Source: a bacterium (lineage in GTDB: Bacteria; Patescibacteriota; Minisyncoccia; Phycocordibacterales; UBA6899). From it: 64,000 nucleotides of DNA. Every line of letters begins with the position of its first letter. Within the stretch, counting starts at the first letter, position 1. Location of the stretch: NCBI GenBank assembly GCA_043756865.1, contig JAYUQG010000019.1:101467-165466 (forward strand), written 5' to 3'. The notes beneath the pieces are model-generated. The model ran no database searches and was not told where the DNA came from. It saw only the letters and a list, made by a program, of their open reading frames with translations. Shown piece after piece: positions 53,950 through 63,683 of the stretch. The position numbers were made by a program, and so were the translations under genes.

Positions 53950-54489
53950 ATGGACGAAGCAGCAGAGCACATTATGCAAGGTGGAGTGGGAGTTCTCCCT
54001 ACTGATACACTTTACGGACTCGTAGGTTCAGCGCTCGACCCCGACGCGGTTGACCGTATATTTCACCTGAAAGAGCGTGACCCGAAAAAACCGCTTATTG
54101 TGTTGATTTCTCAATTTGATCAACTCGAACAATTCGGTGTCGTGATTTCGGAAAGTATGCGTACGCAACTCGAACAATATTGGCCCGGACCATATTCAAT
54201 TATTCTTCCTATCGTTGACGAGCAATTTGAATACATCGACAGGGGAGAAATGGCGATTGCATTTCGTATGCCGGATAACTCCGAATTATGTAACCTTATC
54301 GACACCACCGGTCCGATTGTTGCACCTTCTGCAAATCCCGAAGGAAGACCACCTGCAAGAAATGTTGCTGAAGCGAAAGCGTATTTTGGCACTGACGTCG
54401 ACTTCTACGTCGAAGGTGATGACCTCGACGGCCCACCGTCAACCCTGATTGCACTCGATGGAGATTCGGTGAACACCTTACGCGGTTAA
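53950..54489 (+). CDS. tsaC: L-threonylcarbamoyladenylate synthase (YrdC/TsaC family)
   Basis: GGVGVLPTDTLYGLVGSALDPDAVDRIFHLKERDPKKPLIVL...GPIVAPSANPEG. Confidence 0.85.
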   Translation: MDEAAEHIMQGGVGVLPTDTLYGLVGSALDPDAVDRIFHLKERDPKKPLIVLISQFDQLEQFGVVISESMRTQLEQYWPGPYSIILPIVDEQFEYIDRGEMAIAFRMPDNSELCNLIDTTGPIVAPSANPEGRPPARNVAEAKAYFGTDVDFYVEGDDLDGPPSTLIALDGDSVNTLRG

Positions 54490-54597
54490 CAATCCACTAT
54501 TCTACTTTTTGAAGTTTCGTGAGCCTCGCTATTCTAAAAGGCGAGCAAATATTGTCATAATTTTGTGAAATTTGAGGAAATCGCTATAATCTCCTTT

Positions 54598-56418
54598 ATG
54601 TTAACTTCATCCGAAATTCGTTCGCGATTTCTCGCTTTTTTCAAAAAACGCGGACATGCAATCATTCCGAGTGCATCACTGGTTCCACTCAATGATCCGT
54701 CGGTGCTTTTTAACACTGCAGGTATGCAGCCTTTGGTTCCATATCTGCTGGGCGAACCACACCCAGCAGGAGTTCGTCTTGCTGACTCACAAAAGTGTGT
54801 CCGCACCCAGGACATCGAGGAAGTGGGGGACAACACTCACGACACATTCTTTGAAATGCTTGGAAACTGGTCGCTTGGTGACTACTTCAAGAAGGAGGCA
54901 ATAGAGTGGAGTTATGAATTCCTCACATCAAAAGACGAAGGGCTCGGGCTCGACCCAAACAGACTTTACATAACTGTATTTGGTGGCAATCAGGACGCGC
55001 CAAAAGACGATGAGGCATATGCGACCTGGAAAGCTATTTTTGACACGGCTGGCATAAATGGTGAGCACATCTATTGGATGGATGGCGACCTCGCAAAAAA
55101 GAACTGGTGGAGTGCGGGCGAAAATGGACCTTGCGGTCCAGACACTGAAATGTTTTACGACGTCACCGGTAAGCTCAATGAGGGCATGACACGCGATGAA
55201 TATTTGGCAGCAGACGACAAGCAGCAGGTTGTCGAGATTTGGAACGATGTTTTTATGGAGTACCTCAAAGAGGGTGGGGTGGTCACAGGCAAACTGAAAA
55301 AACAGAATGTAGATACTGGTTCGGGCCTCGAGCGCATCGTCATGGTGGTCCAAGGAAAAGACAATATTTTTGCAACTGACATGTTCTCTGGAATGATGAA
55401 AATCATTGCCGACAACACAACCACATATGAAGAGCGCGCAGCGCGTATTGTTGCTGACCACGTTCGCACATCGATATTCATAATTGCCGACGGGGTCACA
55501 CCATCAAATACCGATCAAGGGTACATTTTGCGAAGACTCTTACGTCGTGCAGTGCGCTACTCAGACGTCCTTGGACTCAAGGGGGGATTTGATGTGCTCA
55601 TCGATGAGGTGTCGAAAACATATGAGGGGGTATATGAAAATGTTTCCGCCAATCTCACGCAGATAAAAAAGGAGGTTAAGGACGAGGAGGAACGATTCCG
55701 AAAAACCATTAGCGCTGGAATGAAAGAATTTGAACGTTTTTCAAAGAACGGCTCTATTTCAGGCATGGATGCATTTCTTCTACTAACCACGTACGGTTTT
55801 CCGTTTGAACTCACCAAGGAACTTGCACAGGAAAGGGGAATTTCTGTTCACGAAGAGCTTGTATTTCATCAAAAAATCAAAGAGCACCAAGACCTCTCCC
55901 GTGCGGGAGCGGCGCAGAAGTTTGCGGGAGGCCTCGCCGACCATTCAGTAGAAACAGTGCGCCTGCACACCGCGCACCATTTGCTGCTACGTGCGCTTCA
56001 GATTGTACTTGGTCCCGAAGTGCACCAGCGTGGTTCCAACATCACGGCTGAGCGACTGCGCATTGACTTCGCATATCCACAAAAAATGACCGATGAACAG
56101 AAAAGTGAAGTAGCGCGTATCGTAAACGAGAGAATCACAGAAGATCTGCCCGTCCTGCGCACTGAAATGAGTCTTGAAGATGCGGAGAAACTCGGAGCGG
56201 AACACGAATTCGGCGCAAAATACCCCGAGCGTGTTTCTGTATATTCTGTCGGACCGAAAGATGCATCACAGGAGAACCCGCAATACGACAAGCGTTTTTC
56301 GATTGAATTCTGTGGTGGCCCTCATGTCACCCACACCGGTGAACTTTCTAAATTCCACATCCTAAAAGAAGAGGCTGTTGCACAAGGTGTGCGCCGCATA
56401 AAAGCAGTGCTCGAATAG
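54598..56418 (+). CDS. alaS: Alanyl-tRNA synthetase, compact form lacking the C-Ala domain. Catalytic core plus an editing-like HxxxH...CGGTH region.
   Basis: SSEIRSRFLAFFKKRGHAIIPSASLVPLNDPSVLFNTAGM. FFEMLGNWSLGDYFK. C-terminus HTAHHLLLRALQ...FCGGPHVTHTG...GVRRIKAV. Total about 606-617 aa, compared with about 870 in typical bacteria. Confidence 0.88.
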   Translation: MLTSSEIRSRFLAFFKKRGHAIIPSASLVPLNDPSVLFNTAGMQPLVPYLLGEPHPAGVRLADSQKCVRTQDIEEVGDNTHDTFFEMLGNWSLGDYFKKEAIEWSYEFLTSKDEGLGLDPNRLYITVFGGNQDAPKDDEAYATWKAIFDTAGINGEHIYWMDGDLAKKNWWSAGENGPCGPDTEMFYDVTGKLNEGMTRDEYLAADDKQQVVEIWNDVFMEYLKEGGVVTGKLKKQNVDTGSGLERIVMVVQGKDNIFATDMFSGMMKIIADNTTTYEERAARIVADHVRTSIFIIADGVTPSNTDQGYILRRLLRRAVRYSDVLGLKGGFDVLIDEVSKTYEGVYENVSANLTQIKKEVKDEEERFRKTISAGMKEFERFSKNGSISGMDAFLLLTTYGFPFELTKELAQERGISVHEELVFHQKIKEHQDLSRAGAAQKFAGGLADHSVETVRLHTAHHLLLRALQIVLGPEVHQRGSNITAERLRIDFAYPQKMTDEQKSEVARIVNERITEDLPVLRTEMSLEDAEKLGAEHEFGAKYPERVSVYSVGPKDASQENPQYDKRFSIEFCGGPHVTHTGELSKFHILKEEAVAQGVRRIKAVLE

Positions 56419-56615
56419 AGCATCCTGACTCCAAAGTGCTAAAAGAAGTGCCACTTTCTGAGGTGACGCATTTCGTACGTTATGTGTCTCCACGCAAGCT
56501 GCGCGAGGAGTGCAAAGAATCAAGGCGGTACTCGAATAATCAAACGAATGTTTTGACATATTCGTGGTTACTCTGTATAACACAGGTGGATTCACACTCA
56601 TAGCAAAGGGTTTAT

Positions 56616-57014
56616 ATGGGCAAACTGAAGAATCTCGCAGGTGCAGTAGAAACAATCATGGGCGATATCACCGACGCACTCAGAACTCTGCAGAATAAAG
56701 AATTGCCAAATTGCAGTGTCATTTACGTCGGAGAGGACTGCGAGATCGAGGAAGCGCAAGTGCTCGCTTCATCAGGCACGAAGAGCAAACCGCGTCCGCG
56801 CTTACTCTTGCGAGGCGACCGAATCGTTTTTGCCTCAGGCAATGACTTGGCCGTCACCATTGAGTGCAGACACAAACTGACTTCTGGGGATACGCAGAGA
56901 GATGTGCTGCTCATTAGTGCTAAGGAATGGCTTGACCTTGTGCGTATGGCAACGCACGACTGGAAAAATCAAAAAGCGCTTGCCACACTGCACAAGCGCC
57001 AAGGTCACGCGTAA
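56616..57014 (+). CDS. Hypothetical protein (132 aa)
   Basis: ORF only. The 3' end overlaps the N-terminal extension of the next track ORF. Confidence 0.4.
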   Translation: MGKLKNLAGAVETIMGDITDALRTLQNKELPNCSVIYVGEDCEIEEAQVLASSGTKSKPRPRLLLRGDRIVFASGNDLAVTIECRHKLTSGDTQRDVLLISAKEWLDLVRMATHDWKNQKALATLHKRQGHA

Positions 57015-57072
57015 ATCGACAACCCACAGTTTTGTGGGTTTTTGTTTGGCCTACAAATGGTATAATTTATCA

Positions 57073-58266
57073 ATGCGTTTATTGCAGAGGAAACAAAAAG
57101 CGGGGCAACACTTCATTATCATTTTTGACATTGGGAGTGCATCAATTGGTGGTGCTTTCGCAAGTGTCGACGGTTCACGTATTCCTGAAATTATTTTTAC
57201 CACAAGAAGGGATATTCCATTTCAGGAAAAACTCAACTTCCAACGATTTCTTGACTCCATGATTAAAACACTGGAGGAAATGTTTGTATCCATGCAAAAA
57301 GCGGGGGGTGGGGTCCGCGTAAGCCGCGCTTTCTGCGTACTGGCATCACCATGGTATGCATCTCAAACACGTCTTGTGCACTATGAGCAGCCTGCGCCCT
57401 TTACCGTCACCGAGAAGGGCTTGAGCAAGCTTATTCAGAAGGAAATCGACCTGTTTCGCGACTCCAAGCTTTTCTCTCGCTCCAAGGTAGGTGATGCACT
57501 TCCGGAAATAATGGAGTCCAAAAACATTCAAATGAAACTGAATGGCTATGAAGTGCAGACGCCATTCGGCAAAAAAGCGTCCGAGCTGGAGGTCGCCCTC
57601 TATATCAGCATGATTCCCGCAAATATTCATCGCTCGATTAATGAATCAATTGTAAAATTTTGGCACACTCCGACTGTGCACTTTTCTTCTTTTTCTTTCT
57701 GCGCCTTCGATACTATTCGTGACATATTTACTGACGAGTCATCTTTCCTCTTTATGGATATTTCCGGAGAGGTTACCGATATCTCCCTCGCGAAAGACAA
57801 CGTACTACTGGAATCCATCTCATTTCCCGCCGGAAAAAACATGCTCATCCGCGCGCTGGTGAAGGGAATGAAGTCCACTCCAGCGGTCGCTATTTCAGAA
57901 ATGAACCTCTATCTTGAGGGCAAAGCTACCCGCGAACACGCAAAACAGGTTGAGGAGATCCTCAACGAGGAAAGCAAAGAATGGTTATTATTCTTTGAGG
58001 ACGCCCTATCACAGTTTGCTACGGAATTCCCCATTCCCCGCACTATCTTCTATACGGCTGACGATTCTGTGACAAAATGGTTTGAAGGTGCTCTCCACGA
58101 TGCAAATTTTTCTAGATTTTCTCAGGAAGAAGGGCAATTTATGATTCGCTCACTGGGTAATACCTTCCTCAATAAGTTTGTCCAAGTAGATGAACCAAAC
58201 TTCCAAGACCCATTCCTCGCCATTGAAACTATCTTTGCGAATAAGTTCACCAATCTGGTAAAATAA
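57073..58266 (+). CDS. Actin-like ATPase (ASKHA fold, PilM/FtsA-like)
   Basis: HFIIIFDIGSASIGGAFASVDG resembles the phosphate-1 motif of FtsA/PilM. A TGGTATAAT box ends 7 nt before the ATG at 57073, suggesting a leaderless start. Confidence 0.5.
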   Translation: MRLLQRKQKAGQHFIIIFDIGSASIGGAFASVDGSRIPEIIFTTRRDIPFQEKLNFQRFLDSMIKTLEEMFVSMQKAGGGVRVSRAFCVLASPWYASQTRLVHYEQPAPFTVTEKGLSKLIQKEIDLFRDSKLFSRSKVGDALPEIMESKNIQMKLNGYEVQTPFGKKASELEVALYISMIPANIHRSINESIVKFWHTPTVHFSSFSFCAFDTIRDIFTDESSFLFMDISGEVTDISLAKDNVLLESISFPAGKNMLIRALVKGMKSTPAVAISEMNLYLEGKATREHAKQVEEILNEESKEWLLFFEDALSQFATEFPIPRTIFYTADDSVTKWFEGALHDANFSRFSQEEGQFMIRSLGNTFLNKFVQVDEPNFQDPFLAIETIFANKFTNLVK

Positions 58267-58272
58267 ACCCAC

Positions 58273-59814
58273 ATGGCTAAATATCTCATTCAAGACATCA
58301 TTCCTAAGGAAAAAAAACGCATTACAAAGACCATCACGTCGACGGCTCACACCGTGCACAAGCGCGGCCCCAGACCAAGCCTGCCGACTCATGAGACTCT
58401 GGTACACCCCGAGGAGCACCGTACACCACTCCATCATGTTGTGCCCCCCCCTAACGAAATAGATGCGACGCCCGAAGACCCGCGCACTATTATTTCTCGG
58501 GAGATCGAGAAAGCAGAAGTTTACACACCCACGACACTTTTAACCCACAAAGAGCTAGAGACGCCCAAATTATCCAGTGAGGGTGAATGGCCATACAACA
58601 ACCCCAGAGGAACAACAAATTCATTTGTACACAAAATTGACACTGATGATGATACCAAAGGATTCTGGGGTAGCTGGATACCATGGATTGTTATTTCGGC
58701 TATCATCCTAATAGGTGCCGCTTTTGCATTTAATGCCTTTGCGCAATCGTCAATCTCAGTCATTCCAAAACGTGACATCATTCCGATGGACCAGATGTTG
58801 AGTGCATCGAAAACACCCGCAGAGGGAGCATTGGGATTTGCGGTGATGAAAATCGCCTCAAGCGAAACGCGCGAGGTCGCTGCCACGGGGGAAAAAGCGG
58901 TTACCGCAAAAGCATCAGGACGCATTGTCATTTACAATGAACAAACCACTACCCAACGACTTATCAAGAACACGAGGTTCCAAAGTCCGTCAGGAAAAAT
59001 TTACCGCATAAATGAGTCCATAAACGTTCCCAAGGCCACAGTAAAATCAGGCAAAGCAGCACCTGGCACCTTTGAAATTACAGTGTACGCAGACGAAGCT
59101 GGAACAGAGTACAACTCTGAGCCTGTTGACTTTACTGTTCCAGGACTCAAGGGGTCAGCAATTTACGAGAAGGTCTATGCGCGATCCAAGGGTCCACTCA
59201 CTGGTGGTGCGTCGGGTACAATCAAGTCTGTTTCTGATGCAGATCTCAAGCAGGCAGGAGAGGACTTACGTATCCAACTTGAAACAGCACTTCGGACCAA
59301 GGCACGAGGTGACCTCGCGCCGAGCCAAATTGCTTATGACGGGGGAATAGTCCTCAAGCTGAGCCAAGCAGCCCTATCTAAGGCACCCGCCTCCAGTGCA
59401 GAGAAAGCTGTCGTTGCGAGCGACGGAGAAATTTATCTTGTCACCTTTGACCGCGAGTCGCTCACCAAGGCAATTATGCGCACTTTGGTACCAACGTATG
59501 CCGGTGAGCCTATTGTTATCAAAAATCTTGAATCATTTAGCATCACAATTGCCAAAATGACGGCCGAGGAGCTCTGGAGCAAGGATGAACTTGAGTTTTT
59601 CATCAAAGGAACACCCGAGGTTGAGTGGGTTATTAACACTGCGGAAATCACCAACGCACTGCTTGGCACCCCAAAAGACAGCTTTAATGCCACTCTTTCA
59701 AAATTCAAGACAATTGAACGAGCGAAAGCCAACGTGAGACCACGCTGGAAAAGTGTATTTCCTAGTGAACCCGAGCAAATTACCGTCGAAATCGTTGAAT
59801 CTATTCCCAAATAA
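58273..59814 (+). CDS. Hypothetical bitopic membrane protein. Cytoplasmic N-terminal domain of about 140 aa and extracytoplasmic domain of about 350 aa.
   Basis: Single TM (WIPWIVISAIILIGAAFAFNAF). Follows the actin-like ATPase gene with a 6-nt gap. Confidence 0.5.
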   Translation: MAKYLIQDIIPKEKKRITKTITSTAHTVHKRGPRPSLPTHETLVHPEEHRTPLHHVVPPPNEIDATPEDPRTIISREIEKAEVYTPTTLLTHKELETPKLSSEGEWPYNNPRGTTNSFVHKIDTDDDTKGFWGSWIPWIVISAIILIGAAFAFNAFAQSSISVIPKRDIIPMDQMLSASKTPAEGALGFAVMKIASSETREVAATGEKAVTAKASGRIVIYNEQTTTQRLIKNTRFQSPSGKIYRINESINVPKATVKSGKAAPGTFEITVYADEAGTEYNSEPVDFTVPGLKGSAIYEKVYARSKGPLTGGASGTIKSVSDADLKQAGEDLRIQLETALRTKARGDLAPSQIAYDGGIVLKLSQAALSKAPASSAEKAVVASDGEIYLVTFDRESLTKAIMRTLVPTYAGEPIVIKNLESFSITIAKMTAEELWSKDELEFFIKGTPEVEWVINTAEITNALLGTPKDSFNATLSKFKTIERAKANVRPRWKSVFPSEPEQITVEIVESIPK

Positions 59815-59970
59815 GAATGAATAATTCATGACTCGACAAGTTGCCATGACTATGTCTAAATTTGTATTTTTAGATGACTTTGGGCTTAAGCAAATCTCAT
59901 CCACACATTTTGGCACAAACGGGGTTGACCGACCTTGTAGCCTTTGCTAGTATCTGGAAACCTTTTTGAC

Positions 59971-60192
59971 ATGAGTGAAGACAAGACAAAAGATGCCCAG
60001 CAGATCATAGGAACGATAACGGAAGCGTTGCCGAATACTATGTTCAGAGTTAAAGCAGAGAACGGCCAAGAATTACTTGCCTATCTTTCTGGAAAAATGC
60101 GTATCCATCGTATTAAGGTCTTGGTGGGTGATAAGGTGTCGCTTGAAGATAATCCATACGGAGGAAAGCTCCGAATCGTCAAGCGAATGTAA
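59971..60192 (+). CDS. infA: Translation initiation factor IF-1
   Basis: GTITEALPNTMFRVKAENGQELLAYLSGKMRIHRIKVLVGDKVSLE. Confidence 0.92.
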   Translation: MSEDKTKDAQQIIGTITEALPNTMFRVKAENGQELLAYLSGKMRIHRIKVLVGDKVSLEDNPYGGKLRIVKRM

Positions 60193-60265
60193 GTAGTTCT
60201 ATAAATGTGGAATGATCTCGTGTGGTTTTTAGGCCACGACGAGAATTGTTTTTATTCTATCTATC

Positions 60266-60379
60266 ATGCGCGTAAAAGCATCCGTAAAAAAAATTTGTGC
60301 GAAATGTAAATCCGTTCGTCGACACGGGGTTCTTTATGTCATTTGCGCAAATCCGCGCCATAAGCAGAAGCAGGGCTAA
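60266..60379 (+). CDS. rpmJ: 50S ribosomal protein L36. 37 aa, so absent from the ORF track.
   Basis: [37 protein letters not shown] matches the L36 consensus MKVRASVKKIC..CK...R.G...VIC.NPKHKQRQG. Confidence 0.9.
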   Translation: MRVKASVKKICAKCKSVRRHGVLYVICANPRHKQKQG

Positions 60380-60390
60380 TTTTTTTCATC

Positions 60391-60771
60391 ATGCGTATCC
60401 TTGGTATCACCGTTCCGGAAAATAAGCAGTTGTGGGTAGGACTCACAGTCTTTTATGGCATTGGTTTCACTACCGCAAAGAAGATCCTCAAAGAAGCAGG
60501 GGTGCCCGAGACAAAAAAGCCGGCTGAAATTTCAACCGACGAAGAGACAAAAATCAGAAAGCAGATCGAGGGTATGAAAATCGAAGGAGATCTGAAGCGT
60601 GAGAAGATTGCAAATATCAAGCGCCTCAAGGATATCAAGTCATACCGTGGCATGCGTCACGCACGAGGACTACCAGCTCGAGGTCAACGCACGAAGACCA
60701 ACTCACGTACCGTGCGTGGTAACGTGCGCAAGACGATGGGTAGCGGTCGTCGTAAGCTCGAGAAGAAATAA
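60391..60771 (+). CDS. rpsM: 30S ribosomal protein S13
   Basis: MRILGITVPENKQLWVGLTVFYGIG...YRGMRHARGLPARGQRTKTNSRT. Confidence 0.93.
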   Translation: MRILGITVPENKQLWVGLTVFYGIGFTTAKKILKEAGVPETKKPAEISTDEETKIRKQIEGMKIEGDLKREKIANIKRLKDIKSYRGMRHARGLPARGQRTKTNSRTVRGNVRKTMGSGRRKLEKK

Positions 60772-60803
60772 TCACCTGTAATTAACAACGTAAGCAACGC
60801 ACA

Positions 60804-61238
60804 ATGGGTAAGAAACGAATAGTCAAAAAAGCAGGGGGTAGTGTCGACCAAGGATTGAAAGCTCGGTCACTTTCGCGTGTTCCCAAAAAGAAGATTACGC
60901 ATGCCGTCTTGCACATCCAGTCAACATACAACAACACCATCGTGTCGCTTTCGGACACTGAGGGCAGGGTGCTCATGTGGTCTACATCAGGCTCACTCGG
61001 CTTTAACGGCGCCAAGAAGGGTACTCCATTCGCAGCTGCGAAAATAGGGGAGCTTCTTGCAGAGAAGGCCCAGCTTATGGGACTCAAGTCGGTTGATGCG
61101 ATAGTCAAGGGCGTAGGGAGTGGACGCGAGTCAGCCATACGCGCGTTTATCGCAAAGGGGGTCGAAATCCAGTCAATCAAAGACAAGACACCAGTTCCAC
61201 ACAACGGTCCTCGACCAAAGAAACCTCGACGCATTTAA
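60804..61238 (+). CDS. rpsK: 30S ribosomal protein S11
   Basis: AVLHIQSTYNNTIVSLSDTEGRVLMWSTSGSLGFNGAKKGTPFAA...GVGSGRESAIRA. Confidence 0.93.
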   Translation: MGKKRIVKKAGGSVDQGLKARSLSRVPKKKITHAVLHIQSTYNNTIVSLSDTEGRVLMWSTSGSLGFNGAKKGTPFAAAKIGELLAEKAQLMGLKSVDAIVKGVGSGRESAIRAFIAKGVEIQSIKDKTPVPHNGPRPKKPRRI

Positions 61239-61256
61239 TTATTTCAAGAAGAACAT

Positions 61257-61883
61257 ATGTCTGATCCAAAATGTAAAATTTGCCGACGTGCGGGTGAAAA
61301 ACTCTTCTTGAAGGGAGATAAATGCTTTACCCCAAAGTGTATTTTTGAAAAACGCCCCACACCTCCGGGCAAGCCAATCAGCGAGCGCAAGCACCGCAGT
61401 ATGGTCACTGAATATGGTATTCAACTCAAGGAGAAGCAGAAAATTCGCAATGTCTACGGTGTTTCGGAAAGGCAGTTCCGTGCATACGTAAAGAAGGCCA
61501 GCGAAGAGAAGGGTTCTCCTGTTGACCACTTATTCGAGCACCTCGAGCGCAGACTCGACAATGTCGTATTCAGACTCGGACTCGCTGCAAGTCGCACGCA
61601 AGCACGCCAGATGGTATCTCATGGGCACTTTGTCATCGGAAAGCGCAAGATCACCATCCCATCCTATCGCGTATCAGAGGGAGAAGTAATCATTGTGCGC
61701 GAAGGAAGCCGCACCTCACCACTTTTCACTGGTGCACAGGAGAAACTCACAAAGAACCCTTCTCCAACGTGGATAAGTGTTGACCCTGTCAAACTCTCTG
61801 CCGAAATTAAAGGGGCACCAAAATTTGACCGAAACCTGCTTTCATTTAATGTTCAGACGGTCATCGAGTTCTATAGTCGCTAG
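61257..61883 (+). CDS. rpsD: 30S ribosomal protein S4
   Basis: CKICRRAGEKLFLKGDKCFTPKC zinc ribbon. S4 domain VVFRLGLAASRTQARQMVSHGHFVIGKRKITIPSYRV. Confidence 0.93.
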   Translation: MSDPKCKICRRAGEKLFLKGDKCFTPKCIFEKRPTPPGKPISERKHRSMVTEYGIQLKEKQKIRNVYGVSERQFRAYVKKASEEKGSPVDHLFEHLERRLDNVVFRLGLAASRTQARQMVSHGHFVIGKRKITIPSYRVSEGEVIIVREGSRTSPLFTGAQEKLTKNPSPTWISVDPVKLSAEIKGAPKFDRNLLSFNVQTVIEFYSR

Positions 61884-61951
61884 CAGTATCGGTTCGAATG
61901 TTGTATAATTTTTGAAGTTTACGTTGTTATTAAGCCATAATCGCAATCGCC

Positions 61952-62926
61952 ATGCCTGACTATAATGTCGCCCTGCCATCGAAGCCGAAGCCCGTCCACG
62001 AAGAAGGGTCGATGGGTGTCTATGAAATCGAAGGTCTGTATCCTGGTTACGGACACACGCTAGGAAATTCTTTGCGCCGCATCATATTGTCTTCCTTGCC
62101 GGGAGCTGCTATGACGTCGCTCAAAATTGACGGTGTATTGCATGAGTTTTCAACTGTTGAAGGCATGAAGGAGGATGTCATAACATTCATCCTCAACCTG
62201 AAGAAGGTTCGCCTCAAGATGCATGCCGATGAGCCTCAGACAATCACACTTTCAATCAAGGGCGCTCAAAAGGTCACCGCAAGCGACATCAAGAATGGGG
62301 GACAAGTAGAGGTGCTCAACCCAGACCAATTCATCTGCGAGATGACCGATAAAAATGCTTCGCTTGAAGTAGAAATGAAGGTAGAGATGGGCTTGGGGTA
62401 CCTCGCAAAGGAGGCGATTCAGAAAGAGAAGGTGGAAATTGGAAGCATTGCACTTGATGCAGCATTTACACCTATTCGCCGGGTGAACTACGAAGTAGAG
62501 ACAATGCGTGTCGGTGACCGGACAGACTACAACCGTCTCAAGATTACTATTGAGACAGACGGCACACTCACACCTCGTGCAGCAATAGAGAACGCGATTG
62601 AGATTATGATTCACCAGCTCAAAGCTATCGTCGGATTCAAGGAAGAGGAACTCATCAAAGAAGAGGCTCCCATGGAAATGACCGCGGAAGAGGCTGGGCT
62701 TGAAACAGATGGTGAGGTTGATACAGAGTTTTTAAAGACTCGTATTGACTCACTCGACCTTTCTGCACGCACACAAAACGCACTTACTACCGCAAACATT
62801 CGCACCGTGGGTGGCTTGGTCCGCAAGAAGGAAGAGGATCTCTTGGGACTCGATGGTCTTGGTGAGAAGGGTCTTCAGGAAATCAGGCGCGCACTTTCGA
62901 ATTTTGGAGTTACCTTAAAGCAATAA
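61952..62926 (+). CDS. rpoA: DNA-directed RNA polymerase subunit alpha
   Basis: GYGHTLGNSLRRIILSSLPGAAMTSLKIDGVLHEFSTVEGMKEDV. C-terminal domain LDLSARTQNALTTANIRTVGGLV. Confidence 0.93.
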   Translation: MPDYNVALPSKPKPVHEEGSMGVYEIEGLYPGYGHTLGNSLRRIILSSLPGAAMTSLKIDGVLHEFSTVEGMKEDVITFILNLKKVRLKMHADEPQTITLSIKGAQKVTASDIKNGGQVEVLNPDQFICEMTDKNASLEVEMKVEMGLGYLAKEAIQKEKVEIGSIALDAAFTPIRRVNYEVETMRVGDRTDYNRLKITIETDGTLTPRAAIENAIEIMIHQLKAIVGFKEEELIKEEAPMEMTAEEAGLETDGEVDTEFLKTRIDSLDLSARTQNALTTANIRTVGGLVRKKEEDLLGLDGLGEKGLQEIRRALSNFGVTLKQ

Positions 62927-62948
62927 TAGTCATTTATTCACTACGCGC

Positions 62949-63308
62949 ATGAGACACCACAACAAAAACAAGAAGTTCGGCAGACAAAAGGGGGAGCGAG
63001 AGGCGTTGATGCGCTCCTTGGTGGTTTCGCTTATTACGCACGAAAAGATCATGACGACCGAAGCTAAGGCAAAAGCACTTCGCCCCGCCATTGAGAAGAT
63101 GGTCACTCGCGCGCGCGGAGGTGCGATTGCCGATGTGCGCCTCATCAAATCTCGCCTCAACAACAATACTGCTATTGCGAACAAGCTCGTGAAAGAGATA
63201 GCACCAAAGTATAAAGATGCAAAGGGAGGTTATACTCGTATCACCAAGCTCGGCGCACGAAGCGGACGAGGAGATGCGAGCCCACTTGCAACCATTGAAT
63301 TTATTTAA
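62949..63308 (+). CDS. rplQ: 50S ribosomal protein L17
   Basis: MRHHNKNKKFGRQKGEREALMRSLVVSLITHEKIMTTEAKAKALRP. Confidence 0.93.
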   Translation: MRHHNKNKKFGRQKGEREALMRSLVVSLITHEKIMTTEAKAKALRPAIEKMVTRARGGAIADVRLIKSRLNNNTAIANKLVKEIAPKYKDAKGGYTRITKLGARSGRGDASPLATIEFI

Positions 63309-63334
63309 TCACTATTCTCACCAAAAGAACCACC

Positions 63335-63679
63335 ATGGAACACGTCATTGATGCAAAAGGAAAAGCGCTGGGACGCGTCGCGAGCGAGGCGGCAAGTATC
63401 CTTTTGGCGAAGAATACAACTACGGTAAAGAAGAACGCGGTCGCTAATGTGACGGTGCGTGTCAAAAACGCATCTGGACTTTCTATTACCGAGAAGAAAC
63501 TGGTACAAAAGAAGTACCACAGCCACAGTGGATACTTGGGATCGGACCGTTCTCTTTCGCTTAAACACATTATCGAGAAGAAAGGACACGGAGAGGCAAT
63601 CAAGCGTGCAGTGAGGGGAATGCTTCCCACAAATACACTTCGCGACAAACGACTCAAACATTTAATTATCGAGGATTAA
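63335..63679 (+). CDS. rplM: 50S ribosomal protein L13
   Basis: IDAKGKALGRVASEAASILLAK...KKYHSHSGYLG...AVRGMLPTNTLRDKRLKHL. Confidence 0.9.
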   Translation: MEHVIDAKGKALGRVASEAASILLAKNTTTVKKNAVANVTVRVKNASGLSITEKKLVQKKYHSHSGYLGSDRSLSLKHIIEKKGHGEAIKRAVRGMLPTNTLRDKRLKHLIIED

Positions 63680-63683
63680 TCAT

